From a virus, in the IMG/VR virus record IMGVR_UViG_3300025120_009955, positions 8,357 through 72,356 of that record: a stretch of DNA of 64,000 nt; one strand, written 5' to 3'. The notes under the pieces are model-generated. The model did not search any database and had not been told where the DNA came from. It saw nothing but the letters and a program-made list of their open reading frames with translations. The translations under genes were made by a program, and so were the position numbers. Shown piece by piece: positions 39,227 to 49,602 of this stretch; position 1 is the first letter of the stretch; each line of letters opens with the position of its first letter.

Positions 39227-39275
39227 TAGGTTGTCTACTCCTGTTATAGTAGTATTTATTGAATCAATTGAAAAA

Positions 39276-40484
39276 TTAAGACGTTAGTAGTTGGTGTATA
39301 GATTGCCAATCAACTTGGCTAGTATAGTTGATATCGTTGAATAAGGACTTAGTGTTAGTTATTAATTCTTTGGCGATAATATGCCTAAATTCACCATAAA
39401 AGTGGTTAAAATTATGTTCGATAATAGGTTTTAGATGCTCCTGAACGTCGGTTTTGTCACTAGGTGATAGATTAGCGTACCAGTGTAGCTGACTAACTAC
39501 TTTGTTGATTCTTTCTTGATTGTCTTGACAGATATCATAATCTTCGTCGATAACGCTATCAAATGTTTTAAATCCATAACTCTTAAGATAGGCAAGATTA
39601 TCTGGAGCGGCCAATAACATAAATGGTTGCTTATTAACAATAGGCTTAAATATCTTTTCTGTTAGGTGCATTTTAGAATGATAAAATACTGTTTCAGTAA
39701 CTACGTGCCAAAACGCATCCTGTTCACGTGGAATATCTGCACTAGCACTTCCTAGAACGCTAGCATTGTCTATTGTTAGTCTGGTAATATCTGTTAGATT
39801 ACGTTCTATACTATCTTTTTGTTGTTCACTTAATCTAGTCTTTGGATCACTTACTTCATCTCGCCAATCGCTAATAGCATCAGTTACACCAAAGCTAACA
39901 AAACCTTTATCTAATAGATCATATTCTTTCAAAAGACTAACAAGGTAAATCCTGTAGCTACGGTCTTGTTTAATTAATCTATTATAGGTAATAAAATCTT
40001 TATCGTATTCTCGTACTATTTCTTTATCGTGATTTAATGCTTGATATCCGCGAAACCAATCAAGTGCCGCAAATCCGTGATAAAAATAATATAAGTTTTC
40101 GAATCCATATTTTTCACTCATTTGTTTTTGAATTATACTTTTTTCGCTAGTAACTAATACAAAAGGCTTTTTAACAAATTTGGTATACCAAGCGATATAA
40201 TCATCGAGCTCGTTACCCTCGAGTATATTGTTATATAACTCAGGGTACTGTTTTCTATTTGTTGCTATATCAGTATAAGGAATATTAAAATAATCTAGGT
40301 ATGGTTCTGACAATTTGTCCAAAATAGGCTCTTGATCATAGAATAAAATCTTACGGGGTGAGACAGTTTTGTTAAATATTATATATGAACTTTCCGTAGG
40401 CACTCCCTTATCAAATGCGTGCAGTTCAAAGTCTTTAAAGACTGAGTTATGTAAAAACTCGTAGATGTGATCAATTTGGAGCAT
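39276..40484 (-). CDS. hypothetical protein, putative glycosyltransferase-like
   Basis: VVTET...LTEKIFKPI...GFKTFDSVIDEDYD; paralogue of 47089..48064. Confidence 0.55.
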   Translation of the reverse strand: MLQIDHIYEFLHNSVFKDFELHAFDKGVPTESSYIIFNKTVSPRKILFYDQEPILDKLSEPYLDYFNIPYTDIATNRKQYPELYNNILEGNELDDYIAWYTKFVKKPFVLVTSEKSIIQKQMSEKYGFENLYYFYHGFAALDWFRGYQALNHDKEIVREYDKDFITYNRLIKQDRSYRIYLVSLLKEYDLLDKGFVSFGVTDAISDWRDEVSDPKTRLSEQQKDSIERNLTDITRLTIDNASVLGSASADIPREQDAFWHVVTETVFYHSKMHLTEKIFKPIVNKQPFMLLAAPDNLAYLKSYGFKTFDSVIDEDYDICQDNQERINKVVSQLHWYANLSPSDKTDVQEHLKPIIEHNFNHFYGEFRHIIAKELITNTKSLFNDINYTSQVDWQSIHQLLTS

Positions 40485-40486
40485 AT

Positions 40487-41743
40487 ATGTCAACTAAAAC
40501 ATTGACTGATTTTATAAAAACAGTCGGATTTATCGGTATAGGCAAGTTAGGTATGCCTTGTGCAGAAGTAATGGCACAGGAATATAAAGTAACTGGCTAT
40601 GATATTTATAGCAAGACCAGTGAGAAGATTACTATATCTGACACACTAGAAGGTGCAGTTAAGGGTAACGATATTATATTTGTAGCTGTGCAAACACCAC
40701 ACGATCAAGAGTATGATGGTAGAACACCTAGCACGCATCTGGCAAATAAAGATTTTGACTACACAATAGTTAATAAAACACTAAAAGATATTAATCAATA
40801 CGTAACAAAAGATCAATTGGTAGTACTAATTTCCACAGTTCTACCTGGTACAACCCGTAGAGAACTAAAGCAAAACATTACTAATGCACGTTTCATTTAT
40901 AATCCATATCTAATTGCTATGGGATCAGTTGAATGGGATATGGTTAATCCAGAGATGGTTATCATAGGTACAGAAGATGGAAGTTTAACTGGTGATGCAA
41001 AATTACTGCAAGACTTTTATGCTCCCTTAATGGAAAACAACCCACGCTATTCTATAGGGACTTGGGACGAAGCAGAAGCTATAAAAATATTTTACAATAC
41101 ATTTATCTCAACAAAAATTGCATTAGTTAATATGATACAAGATGTTGCAATGAAGAACGGTAATATAAATGTTGATATTGTTACTGATGCACTAGCAAAC
41201 TCAACTACACGTATTATGAGTCCTAAGTATATGACAGCAGGTATGGGTGATGCTGGTCCTTGCCATCCTAGAGATAATATAGCACTACGTTATCTAGCAG
41301 AAAGTTTAGATCTAGGATATGATATGTTTGACACTATAATGCACGCAAGAGAAAAACAAGCAGAAAACATAGCTAGTTTTTTAACTGACCTACAGCAAAA
41401 AGAAAATCTTCCTATCATAATACACGGTAAATCATATAAGCCAGACGTAGATATGGTCGATGGTAGTTATAGTCTTTTGATAGGAAGTTACTTAGAACAA
41501 CAAGAAGCACATTTCTTTTACTCGGATCCACTGACTAACGACAGAGTTGCTGACGATTCTATAGGTATCATATTCTTAGCACACAACAGAGACATAACCT
41601 ATGGGTATACTGGAAAACATCCAGCACAACCTTTATACTTTATACCTGCTCCGGGAAGTATCGTGGTAGATCCTTGGCGTAAATTTAAAACTAAAAATCC
41701 TTTAATTTCAATTATACAATATGGTAACACTAGAAAAACTTAA
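40487..41743 (+). CDS. UDP-glucose/GDP-mannose dehydrogenase family protein
   Basis: GIGKLG Rossmann motif, AVQTP, STVLPGT, K.FYN, G.AGPCHPRD, YKPD. Confidence 0.88.
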   Translation: MSTKTLTDFIKTVGFIGIGKLGMPCAEVMAQEYKVTGYDIYSKTSEKITISDTLEGAVKGNDIIFVAVQTPHDQEYDGRTPSTHLANKDFDYTIVNKTLKDINQYVTKDQLVVLISTVLPGTTRRELKQNITNARFIYNPYLIAMGSVEWDMVNPEMVIIGTEDGSLTGDAKLLQDFYAPLMENNPRYSIGTWDEAEAIKIFYNTFISTKIALVNMIQDVAMKNGNINVDIVTDALANSTTRIMSPKYMTAGMGDAGPCHPRDNIALRYLAESLDLGYDMFDTIMHAREKQAENIASFLTDLQQKENLPIIIHGKSYKPDVDMVDGSYSLLIGSYLEQQEAHFFYSDPLTNDRVADDSIGIIFLAHNRDITYGYTGKHPAQPLYFIPAPGSIVVDPWRKFKTKNPLISIIQYGNTRKT

Positions 41744-42230
41744 TCCTTTTTGGGATAGAGAGTACACAGTCTTAGACTATTCCAACGAACCTTTCAATGA
41801 TTCTCACTCTGTTGATTGGTGGCTTAATGCTGGGTATCATGATAAGTTTACCGGTGATATGTGCGATATGAGAAAACCACAGCCAAGTTGGAATGATCAA
41901 ATTATTAGACATTTTAGTGAACTAGGATGGCAAGACATTGGCACTAGTTATTATAGAATGGCAACAGGAACAGTATTGCCTGAACACGTTGATACATATG
42001 AAAGATACATAAATCTATTTAATCTCAAAGATAAAGAAGATACTATCAGACGTGCTGTTGTATTCTTAGAAGATTGGAAACCAGGACACTATCTAGAAGT
42101 AGATGAAAAGCCTATACTAGAATGGAGTGCAGGTGATTATGTTGTATGGAGTAAGAAAACTCCGCATATGGCGGCCAACATAGGACTAGAGTATCGATAC
42201 ACTTTACAGATAACAGGACATCAATGCTAG
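41721..42230 (+). CDS. Fe(II)/2-oxoglutarate-type cupin dioxygenase
   Basis: PEHVD...PHMAAN...RYTLQITG (HxD...H triad). Confidence 0.7.
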   Translation: MVTLEKLNPFWDREYTVLDYSNEPFNDSHSVDWWLNAGYHDKFTGDMCDMRKPQPSWNDQIIRHFSELGWQDIGTSYYRMATGTVLPEHVDTYERYINLFNLKDKEDTIRRAVVFLEDWKPGHYLEVDEKPILEWSAGDYVVWSKKTPHMAANIGLEYRYTLQITGHQC

Positions 42231-43135
42231 TTAATAGCCATAATGAATGGGACAAGCTCAAGAGTGTTGTAGTTGGAACAGCTACAAATGCAAATTGGCC
42301 TATCAATGATCCAGTATTTTCACAAGAAAGTTCTAAAACTACTTGGACTGAAACACCAGTTCCGAGTGGAGCAGTTTCCCAAACGATAATAGATGAGACA
42401 AATGAAGACCTTGAATTACTAGCCAACGCTCTGTTTGGTCTCGGAGTAGAGGTGCATCGTCCTAGCGATATAGACTTTGTAGCTCAAGATGGTATGTATA
42501 ACTATTGTCCTAGGGATAGGTTAATTATAGCAGGTGACCGTGTTATAGATCCTGCTATGATGTATCCTTGTAGAGATCAAGAAATTTCTGCATACGATTT
42601 TATTACACAGGATAATCAAGTATTCAAGATGCCACGTGATCAAGGTATGACACTAGATGCCGCAAATGTATGTAGACTAGGTGACACTTGGTTAGTACTA
42701 GAAAGTGAAAGTGGTAATCGTAAAGCAATTGAATGGCTACGTGAACAAGTACCAGATATTAAAATTGAGATCTGTAACTTCTATTCAGGAGTGCATATAG
42801 ATTCAACTATTTGTCCTTTACGTGAAGGATTGGTAATGTTAAACGCATCCAGAGTTACTACAGGCAATTGTCCGAAAGTATTTGACGGTTGGGAAAAGTA
42901 TTGGATAAATGATTGCGTGCCAAAACCATTCCATGAATACCCATACGCATCTAAGTGGGTAGGTATGAATTGTCTAAGTGTTGATCCAAATACTGTTATT
43001 ATGGATTCAGCACAAACTACTATTATTAAAGATCTAGAGGCACTAGATATTACAGTGATACCATTAAACTTACGCCATAGCCGTACACTAGGCGGGTCAT
43101 TTCATTGTGTGACATTAGATTTAATAAGACAATAA
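42224..43135 (+). CDS. amidinotransferase (glycine/inosamine-phosphate amidinotransferase-like)
   Basis: VNSHNEWDKLKSVVVG, CPRD, DAAN, HIDST, GGSFHCVTLD. Confidence 0.9.
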   Translation: MLVNSHNEWDKLKSVVVGTATNANWPINDPVFSQESSKTTWTETPVPSGAVSQTIIDETNEDLELLANALFGLGVEVHRPSDIDFVAQDGMYNYCPRDRLIIAGDRVIDPAMMYPCRDQEISAYDFITQDNQVFKMPRDQGMTLDAANVCRLGDTWLVLESESGNRKAIEWLREQVPDIKIEICNFYSGVHIDSTICPLREGLVMLNASRVTTGNCPKVFDGWEKYWINDCVPKPFHEYPYASKWVGMNCLSVDPNTVIMDSAQTTIIKDLEALDITVIPLNLRHSRTLGGSFHCVTLDLIRQ

Positions 43136-43172
43136 GGTAAATAGTTACATAACACAAATACAAGGTTCCTTA

Positions 43173-43904
43173 ATGTCAGAGAAGTTCTCGTCGTATACTG
43201 AAATATCAGTAAACGCATTACAGTTTAATCCCAAAGGGCAAGAAGTTTTAGATCGAAAAAAAGAAATTTTGCGATCTATTTCCGAGCGTCACGGTAGCTC
43301 ACCTGCAAGTATTCTATTCTATGGATTCAGTCCATTACTACTAATTTGTGATGCTGAGACTATAGCAGTAACAGAAATTAGCGATAAGATAAAAAAATAC
43401 CTAGATGACAAAGGCATTAAATACACATATATTGAAGAAGACAAATTAAAAGATCATGATAAGAAGTTTGATTGGGTAGTAGCAGTAGATGAATACTTTA
43501 CATTTGCTAACAGTGAAGATCATCAACAGGGTAAGATTGCACGATTGTGTGCTTTAGCTAAAAAGCTAGTAGTAACAACACTTAAAGATTATAAGAATCA
43601 AGACTTCCGTGATAAAGAATTTAGTTCTCCGTTAGCTGTAAGGAATAACAAAGACAGTAAGGTATTTTTAGAACATCACAATTATGATTACCAAGATAGA
43701 AATAGTTGGAAGACAGTGGTATATGAGTTACTAGGCAATGAAGCAAATACAGCAGGACCATACAATCGACGTAGTATGTTTTTTAAACAGATGGCTAAGT
43801 TTAGTATAGATGCTGGTGCAAAAGAGTTTTACGTACATAAAAATTTAATGTACAAAAGTCTCATAAAAAAGAATTATGAGCACGTAATATCAATTAGTTT
43901 TTAA
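43173..43904 (+). CDS. hypothetical protein (possible degenerate methyltransferase fold)
   Basis: 243-aa ORF; KKFDWVVA motif. Confidence 0.55.
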   Translation: MSEKFSSYTEISVNALQFNPKGQEVLDRKKEILRSISERHGSSPASILFYGFSPLLLICDAETIAVTEISDKIKKYLDDKGIKYTYIEEDKLKDHDKKFDWVVAVDEYFTFANSEDHQQGKIARLCALAKKLVVTTLKDYKNQDFRDKEFSSPLAVRNNKDSKVFLEHHNYDYQDRNSWKTVVYELLGNEANTAGPYNRRSMFFKQMAKFSIDAGAKEFYVHKNLMYKSLIKKNYEHVISISF

Positions 43905-43925
43905 TATTAGTTTTTCGAGAAAAAT

Positions 43926-45188
43926 ATGGATATCAATGAATCGCTACAACCGGTAGTTGCGGGGATAATTCAAAATCTTAAGGGTGACCTTGAATCAGAA
44001 CTCCGTGAACAAATAAGTCAAGAAGTTGTTAAAGCCATTGCTGGTACTGAGGTACAAGCTATAGCTGAACGTATTATCACAGGTCGTCTCAATGAGCGTA
44101 TTGCAGAATTTAATATTGAAACTAAAACAAAAGATAAATTAGATCAAGCACTAGCAAAGATTATATCTAACCTAACAGCAAACCTAACAAAGACAGCAAA
44201 CGAACAAGTTAAAACAGAAATTGATGCTAGAGTAGCAACAATGGATCTTCAATCAGTTCTAGGTGCAATGGTAGAAAGCAAGATAGGTAATCTGGTACAA
44301 ACTGGAGCATTTGGAAAAGAATCTATTAACCACACAGCTATAGATTTTAAAGGATTTAATTTTACAGGTGATCAAGTTAAAGGTGGTATCATTCAAGAAT
44401 TTGGTAGTACTGGTATCGAGGATCGCTCTACCAAAATACAAATGACTGTAATGGATACTGCTGTAGCATTTGAACAAGCAATGTGGGCTCCAAAAGCTAC
44501 GATTAAAGGTGACCTAATAGTTGATGGTACACTTAAACTTACTGGAGATATAGATCCTAGTGGCCCAGCTGTTAACACTCTAGCTGAACTAACAGTAGAA
44601 AAAATTGCAGAAGATTCAACGCTACTTAGCTTGCATAGTGAAACTATATTAAAAGATATAGGCAATCGAGGACTTGACCTAGATCGCATAACACAACAAG
44701 GTAGAGAAATAGTAGCAGGTAATCAGCTAGGATATCATATTACTGATAGTAACCTGCAGAGAGTTGGTACATTACGTGATCTACAAACCACCGGTGAATC
44801 AGTATTAAGTGATACCTTATATACTACAGGAAAACGTGTTGGAATTAATACTATAGAACCTAGTGCTACGTTATCGATTTGGGATGAAGAAATTGAAATA
44901 TCAATTGGTAAAAAATCTAAAGACAGTGGATTTATTGGAATGGATAGATCACAATCTCTAGTAATAGGTAGTGCTGGAAATAGTAATTTAATTGTGCAAC
45001 CAGATGGAAGTGTAGAAATAGAAAATTTACGTGTAGGTAATACTCCAATGAGTTCAGAGGCAGTATGTCCTAACTACAGTGCTATCACTGGAACAATAGT
45101 TTGGAATGAAGCACCAGGCCTGGGAGGCCCAGCTGGGTGGATAAACCTAGGTGGTACAGCTTGGGGAAAATTTGGGATTATCGAATAA
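43926..45188 (+). CDS. hypothetical, probable virion structural protein
   Basis: helical N-terminus, beta-rich C-terminus with RVGINT and GTIVWN..P..GGPAGW. Confidence 0.6.
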   Translation: MDINESLQPVVAGIIQNLKGDLESELREQISQEVVKAIAGTEVQAIAERIITGRLNERIAEFNIETKTKDKLDQALAKIISNLTANLTKTANEQVKTEIDARVATMDLQSVLGAMVESKIGNLVQTGAFGKESINHTAIDFKGFNFTGDQVKGGIIQEFGSTGIEDRSTKIQMTVMDTAVAFEQAMWAPKATIKGDLIVDGTLKLTGDIDPSGPAVNTLAELTVEKIAEDSTLLSLHSETILKDIGNRGLDLDRITQQGREIVAGNQLGYHITDSNLQRVGTLRDLQTTGESVLSDTLYTTGKRVGINTIEPSATLSIWDEEIEISIGKKSKDSGFIGMDRSQSLVIGSAGNSNLIVQPDGSVEIENLRVGNTPMSSEAVCPNYSAITGTIVWNEAPGLGGPAGWINLGGTAWGKFGIIE

Positions 45189-45598
45189 TGCCAGGATACA
45201 ATTCAAGTGGCACAGAGGCATTACAAGCATTAGCTAAAGAAACTAAAGTCAAAAAAGAATTAATCGATTGGCTAAAAACAGCTAATGTGTGCCCATATAA
45301 CACTACAGCAAAAATAAAAAAGAAATCAGATCTACGTGTAGGGACCGATCCTTATACAGATTGCCTAACAGCAATAATGCACGACTGGAAGAAAAAAGAA
45401 GTAATAATATTTTGGTACGCTTCTATTTCTATTAATAAAGGTGAACTCGTTGATGCAGTTGCTCGTGCAAATAAAAAACTATTACCTCGAAATATACAGG
45501 CTATACTGAATACATCATTCCAATGGTTTAATGGTCAAGGAACTACATTAATATTACTACAACAAAACGATAAGTCTAGCCCAAATTGGTTTTCATAA
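45188..45598 (+). CDS. hypothetical protein
   Basis: likely start ATG 45188 overlapping the previous stop. Confidence 0.55.
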   Translation: MPGYNSSGTEALQALAKETKVKKELIDWLKTANVCPYNTTAKIKKKSDLRVGTDPYTDCLTAIMHDWKKKEVIIFWYASISINKGELVDAVARANKKLLPRNIQAILNTSFQWFNGQGTTLILLQQNDKSSPNWFS

Positions 45599-45637
45599 CG
45601 TCTTGACAAACTAGTAAATCGATAGTATAATACTATT

Positions 45638-46087
45638 ATGTTTAGACCACTTGCAGATCAACTAATGGTACAACAACAGGTTTCCAATAGCTGGGAACAC
45701 TTCGTTGGAGTTATTATGCTTAATCTGACAAATCGTAAACAGGTCAAGCAAACACTACCAGAATTCCTTTACTGGTTCCCACAACCTTATAATTTACTTA
45801 AAGCAGATCCAGAATTTGTTAAAACTATCCTTAGACCTTTAGGTATGGTTAATGTGCGTTATACTAGATTAATAGGTATGACTACAGACTATCTAGACTG
45901 GGATGGTCACGATGCTCGAGAGCTTTACGGTATTGGTAAGTATGGTAGTGACTCATATGAAATCTTCTTTCGAGATAATCATAACTGTAATCCAACAGAC
46001 AAAGAACTTAAAAGATATATTAACGAAAACAATCCGATTGACATTTTGGTGAAAGGTGTGTATAATACTGATTATGAATACAACTAA
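45638..46087 (+). CDS. HhH-GPD DNA glycosylase (MBD4-like)
   Basis: IMLNLT...ILRPLG...ELYGIGKYGSDSYEIF. Confidence 0.8.
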   Translation: MFRPLADQLMVQQQVSNSWEHFVGVIMLNLTNRKQVKQTLPEFLYWFPQPYNLLKADPEFVKTILRPLGMVNVRYTRLIGMTTDYLDWDGHDARELYGIGKYGSDSYEIFFRDNHNCNPTDKELKRYINENNPIDILVKGVYNTDYEYN

Positions 46088-47111
46088 AAAGATAGGTTTT
46101 GCTTGCAAGTGGATCGATTATCCATCTCAAGTTGATGGTATCAAGCCCAAGGACAACGCTAAAGAATACAACACACGCTCAACAACAGTGCGTTGGCTAA
46201 ACAATCAAACTAAAGAAGTAGCAGAACAACGACTATGGGACCTTATGGTTCACAACATAGAATCGTCTCGTAAACTAGTAGAACGTATAGGAGGATTAGA
46301 TGAACATCTCAGAATGGTTAGACTCTCAAGTGACATATTACCTGTTTATACTCAGCACGAGTGGAGTTACTTTTGGCGCCGCAGTGACGTTGTGGCTTAC
46401 GCAGAGCGGGCGTTTGGTGAGGTGGGCGAGCTTGCTCGTAGCCGCGGTGTCCGTTTATCTTTTCATCCAGGCCAGTTCACAGTTTTGGCAAGTGCTAACC
46501 CAGGCATTGTCGACCGCAGTATTGAAGAATTCGAGTATCATACTGATATGATCCGATGGATGGGCTATGGTAAGACATTCCAAGACTTCAAGTGTAACGT
46601 ACACATATCAGGTAAGCTAGGTCCTCGAGGCATAATGATGGCTCTTAGAAGACTAAGCCCCGAAGCAAGAAATACACTTACAATAGAAAACGACGAAATG
46701 ACTTGGGGCCTAGATGCTAGTCTAGAACTAATCAAGGACTGTGCCCTAGTGCTAGATATACATCATCATTACATTAAGACAGGCGAATATATTGAACCCA
46801 CAGATGATAGATTCAAAGGCGTAGTAGATAGCTGGCGAGGTGTACGTCCTGTTATACACTATTCATACAGTAGAGACGAATGGTTGCCCGAAGGCTTTGA
46901 TCACAGTGAACTACCTAACTTAAACTTATTACTTGAGAGTGGACACAAGAAACAGAAGTTGCGAGCTCACAGTGATTTTTACCCTAACAGATTAGCCAAT
47001 GACTGGGCATTGAAGTTTTTAGATTATTCAGATATTATGTGCGAAGCAAAAGGTAAGAACTTGGCTAGTTTCCAAGTTGCTGATAGAGCTAAAGAGCTTG
47101 GATTACTTTAG
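46074..47111 (+). CDS. uvsE: UV damage endonuclease UvsE
   Basis: IGFACK, RLSSD, RLSFHPGQF, IENDE, LDIHHH, AHSD, DIMCEAK. Confidence 0.93.
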   Translation: MNTTKKIGFACKWIDYPSQVDGIKPKDNAKEYNTRSTTVRWLNNQTKEVAEQRLWDLMVHNIESSRKLVERIGGLDEHLRMVRLSSDILPVYTQHEWSYFWRRSDVVAYAERAFGEVGELARSRGVRLSFHPGQFTVLASANPGIVDRSIEEFEYHTDMIRWMGYGKTFQDFKCNVHISGKLGPRGIMMALRRLSPEARNTLTIENDEMTWGLDASLELIKDCALVLDIHHHYIKTGEYIEPTDDRFKGVVDSWRGVRPVIHYSYSRDEWLPEGFDHSELPNLNLLLESGHKKQKLRAHSDFYPNRLANDWALKFLDYSDIMCEAKGKNLASFQVADRAKELGLL

Positions 47112-48064
47112 ACAACTCTTCTGCCCAGTTTGTTTCTAACATTACCTTTTTATTATGTTCTGTTATAGGCTGTATCTCTTTTAGTATTTTACCCTGCGGA
47201 ACTTCTTCTATTAACCTTTTCATTTCACGACCAGCCATATAGAATCGATTGTTGTCATTTTCACAATTATCATAACTTTCGTCTATTATTCCATCAAAAG
47301 TTTTAAATCCAAATGAACGTAGATTACGTAACCAGTGTTGACCACAAAAAGCTATAAACAGTCTTTCTGCTAGAATAGGTTTTACTGTCTTTTCTGTATA
47401 AAAATTAAAACGATTATCAGCATTAGTTTCTGCAATTACCGAGTATGCTGTTTCATTATATATATCCGGGTGTATAATTTGACTTAGGGTACAATTTACT
47501 CCATTATAGCTAACCTGGGTAATAGTATTGTAGATGTTGTCTGGAATGTCGACTGGCCACACACCTTGTTGTTTTACTGGAAGCCATGAATGAAGATATG
47601 TCATCATGACCTTGTTGATAAGTTTATTTTGATTGACGTAATTATATATGTAGTCTCTATGAGGTTTAGGTCTACCTAGTAGTATATCAAAATACTTGTC
47701 TTTTACCTGATAGGGAGTCAACTGATCTAAGATCTTAACTGATTTATTCTTATAAAAATTAACAGTATGCTGGAACCAATCTAACCATGGATGTGTATCA
47801 ATATCAGCAATTGATCCGCATATAAAATATTTAATCCTAGGGTTCTGGTTTTGTTCTATAAAGCTAACAATCTTTGTATTAAGCTCCGATGATAGTATAA
47901 TCACAGGCTTATCAATTGAATTTATTTTAGATTCCAGCTGGGCGTTATCGTCGAATGAAGTTTGGAATACTGCGAGATTGCAATGGTCCAAATCAGTGAA
48001 TTGATCAAATCCTAGTTCTTTTAGTTGATATTCGCAAACACTATTATCTGCATATATTTTCATA
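47089..48064 (-). CDS. hypothetical protein, putative glycosyltransferase-like
   Basis: VIAET...TEKTVKPI...GFKTFDGIIDESYD; likely start MKIYADN. Confidence 0.55.
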
Positions 48065-48099
48065 TTTTGGTTGACTTTTTGGTAAAATGACTCTATAAT
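48062..48099 (+). promoter_or_regulatory. sigma70-type early promoter, copy 1 of a 25-bp repeat
   Basis: TTGACT-17-TATAAT within ATATTTTGGTTGACTTTTTGGTAAA. Confidence 0.8.
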
Positions 48100-48127
48100 T
48101 GTATTTAACAACTTAGGAGAGTAGACA

Positions 48128-48436
48128 ATGGAAACTAACAGATCAGTATTAGATTTAACTGTAACTGAAACAATAACACAACAACTTGTTAACAACGCAG
48201 AACAATTTACTCCGCAAGATCTTAAAAAGATACAAGACGCAGTAAAATATGCTAGAGAAATTGTTGGTAATAATCAAAAGCGTTCTTTAAATGTTGGTGA
48301 TCGAGTTGAGTTTACTAGTAAGAATGGTCAAGTGACTCAAGGTACTGTTAGAAAAATAGCTATCAAGTATGTAACAGTTGATACTGATCAGAATGGTTCA
48401 TGGAGAGTTCCAGCTATAATGTTAACAGCAATATAG
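48128..48436 (+). CDS. hypothetical protein (SH3-like C-terminus)
   Basis: LNVGDRVEF...GTVRKI...WRVP. Confidence 0.65.
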   Translation: METNRSVLDLTVTETITQQLVNNAEQFTPQDLKKIQDAVKYAREIVGNNQKRSLNVGDRVEFTSKNGQVTQGTVRKIAIKYVTVDTDQNGSWRVPAIMLTAI

Positions 48437-48479
48437 TTTGTTGTTAATAATTACCGAAAAATTAACAACAAATAAATGT

Positions 48480-48517
48480 ATATTTTGGTTGACTTTTTGG
48501 TAAATCGGTGCTATAAT
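48480..48517 (+). promoter_or_regulatory. sigma70-type early promoter, copy 2 of the 25-bp repeat
   Basis: identical ATATTTTGGTTGACTTTTTGGTAAA followed by TATAAT. Confidence 0.8.
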
Positions 48518-48548
48518 TATTATAACAAATAAGGAAAAGGAGATTTAT

Positions 48549-48680
48549 ATGTTATTCGAAGCTACTGTATTACAAAATAAAGTACCAGTTGTTATGCAAA
48601 CACAAGCACAGAATGCTACAGTTGCATTACAGTATTTTAGTAACTTTGGTCGTGTAGTATCTGGACCAAACTTTAAGTAA
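48549..48680 (+). CDS. hypothetical small protein (43 aa, not in ORF track)
   Basis: AAGGAG RBS; MLFEATVLQNK...PNFK. Confidence 0.55.
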   Translation: MLFEATVLQNKVPVVMQTQAQNATVALQYFSNFGRVVSGPNFK

Positions 48681-48696
48681 CTTTAAGGAGCAGACA

Positions 48697-49053
48697 ATGG
48701 GATTAGATATGACAGCGTATGCAATAGATCCAACAGCAGATCCAAAGCAAGAACCTAAGAATCTTGCAGAGTGGAGAAAGCATCCTAACTTACACGGGTG
48801 GATGACAAAGCTATGGGTAGAAAAAACTGGCAACAAAGATGATGATTTCAATTGTCAAGAGCTTGAATTAACTGAAGCTGACCTTGATCGTCTGTTTGAA
48901 GCTGTTGTTCTAAACAGACTTCCTGATACTACAGGCTTCTTTTACGGCAGTGATGCTGATGACTTTTACAAGCAGAACGACAAGTTCTTTGTACAAGATG
49001 CTAAAAAAGCATTAGCTGATGGTATGCGTGTTTTTTATAACTCATGGTGGTAG
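48697..49053 (+). CDS. conserved phage hypothetical protein
   Basis: MGLDM...WRKHPNLHGWM...YNSWW. Confidence 0.7.
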   Translation: MGLDMTAYAIDPTADPKQEPKNLAEWRKHPNLHGWMTKLWVEKTGNKDDDFNCQELELTEADLDRLFEAVVLNRLPDTTGFFYGSDADDFYKQNDKFFVQDAKKALADGMRVFYNSWW

Positions 49054-49334
49054 GAGAAACTTATGAACTTTAATGAATTTGCAATTATTAGTATTAGCGT
49101 ATATACAATGATATCTTTAGGTATTATTTAAAAGGAGATAATATGTTATTTAATTTTTGGACTGGATTAATTATTGGTGCAACTATTATGGACTTTCTCT
49201 GGGCTTGGAAGATCGGTCTTGTATCAAAGTTCATAGAAACACTTAAAATAAAATGGAAACTGATTAAAGCTAGAACACTTTAATTTCGTAAGTAAATCAT
49301 TGACAGCAAAATAAAAAGGCTGTATAATAATCAT

Positions 49335-49601
49335 ATGGAAAATAAAAATAATGATTTACCCGACTTTGTTTATAACAACGAAGAAGAATCGGAAATGGGG
49401 CAAGTACAGGCAATTCATAATAATATGAATGCCATTGCTGAAGTACAGAGAAAGTTACAGGCACAGTCAAAACTACCTAGTAATATGTTCTGCGATGAAT
49501 GTGGAGATGAAATTCCTAAGGCACGTAGAAAACTAGTACCAGGAGTTAAACTATGTATAACTTGTCAAACAAACCAAGAAACATTTTACAAAGGAAAATA
49601 A
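49335..49601 (+). CDS. TraR/DksA C4-type zinc finger protein
   Basis: [26 protein letters not shown]. Confidence 0.88.
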   Translation: MENKNNDLPDFVYNNEEESEMGQVQAIHNNMNAIAEVQRKLQAQSKLPSNMFCDECGDEIPKARRKLVPGVKLCITCQTNQETFYKGK

Positions 49602-49602
49602 G

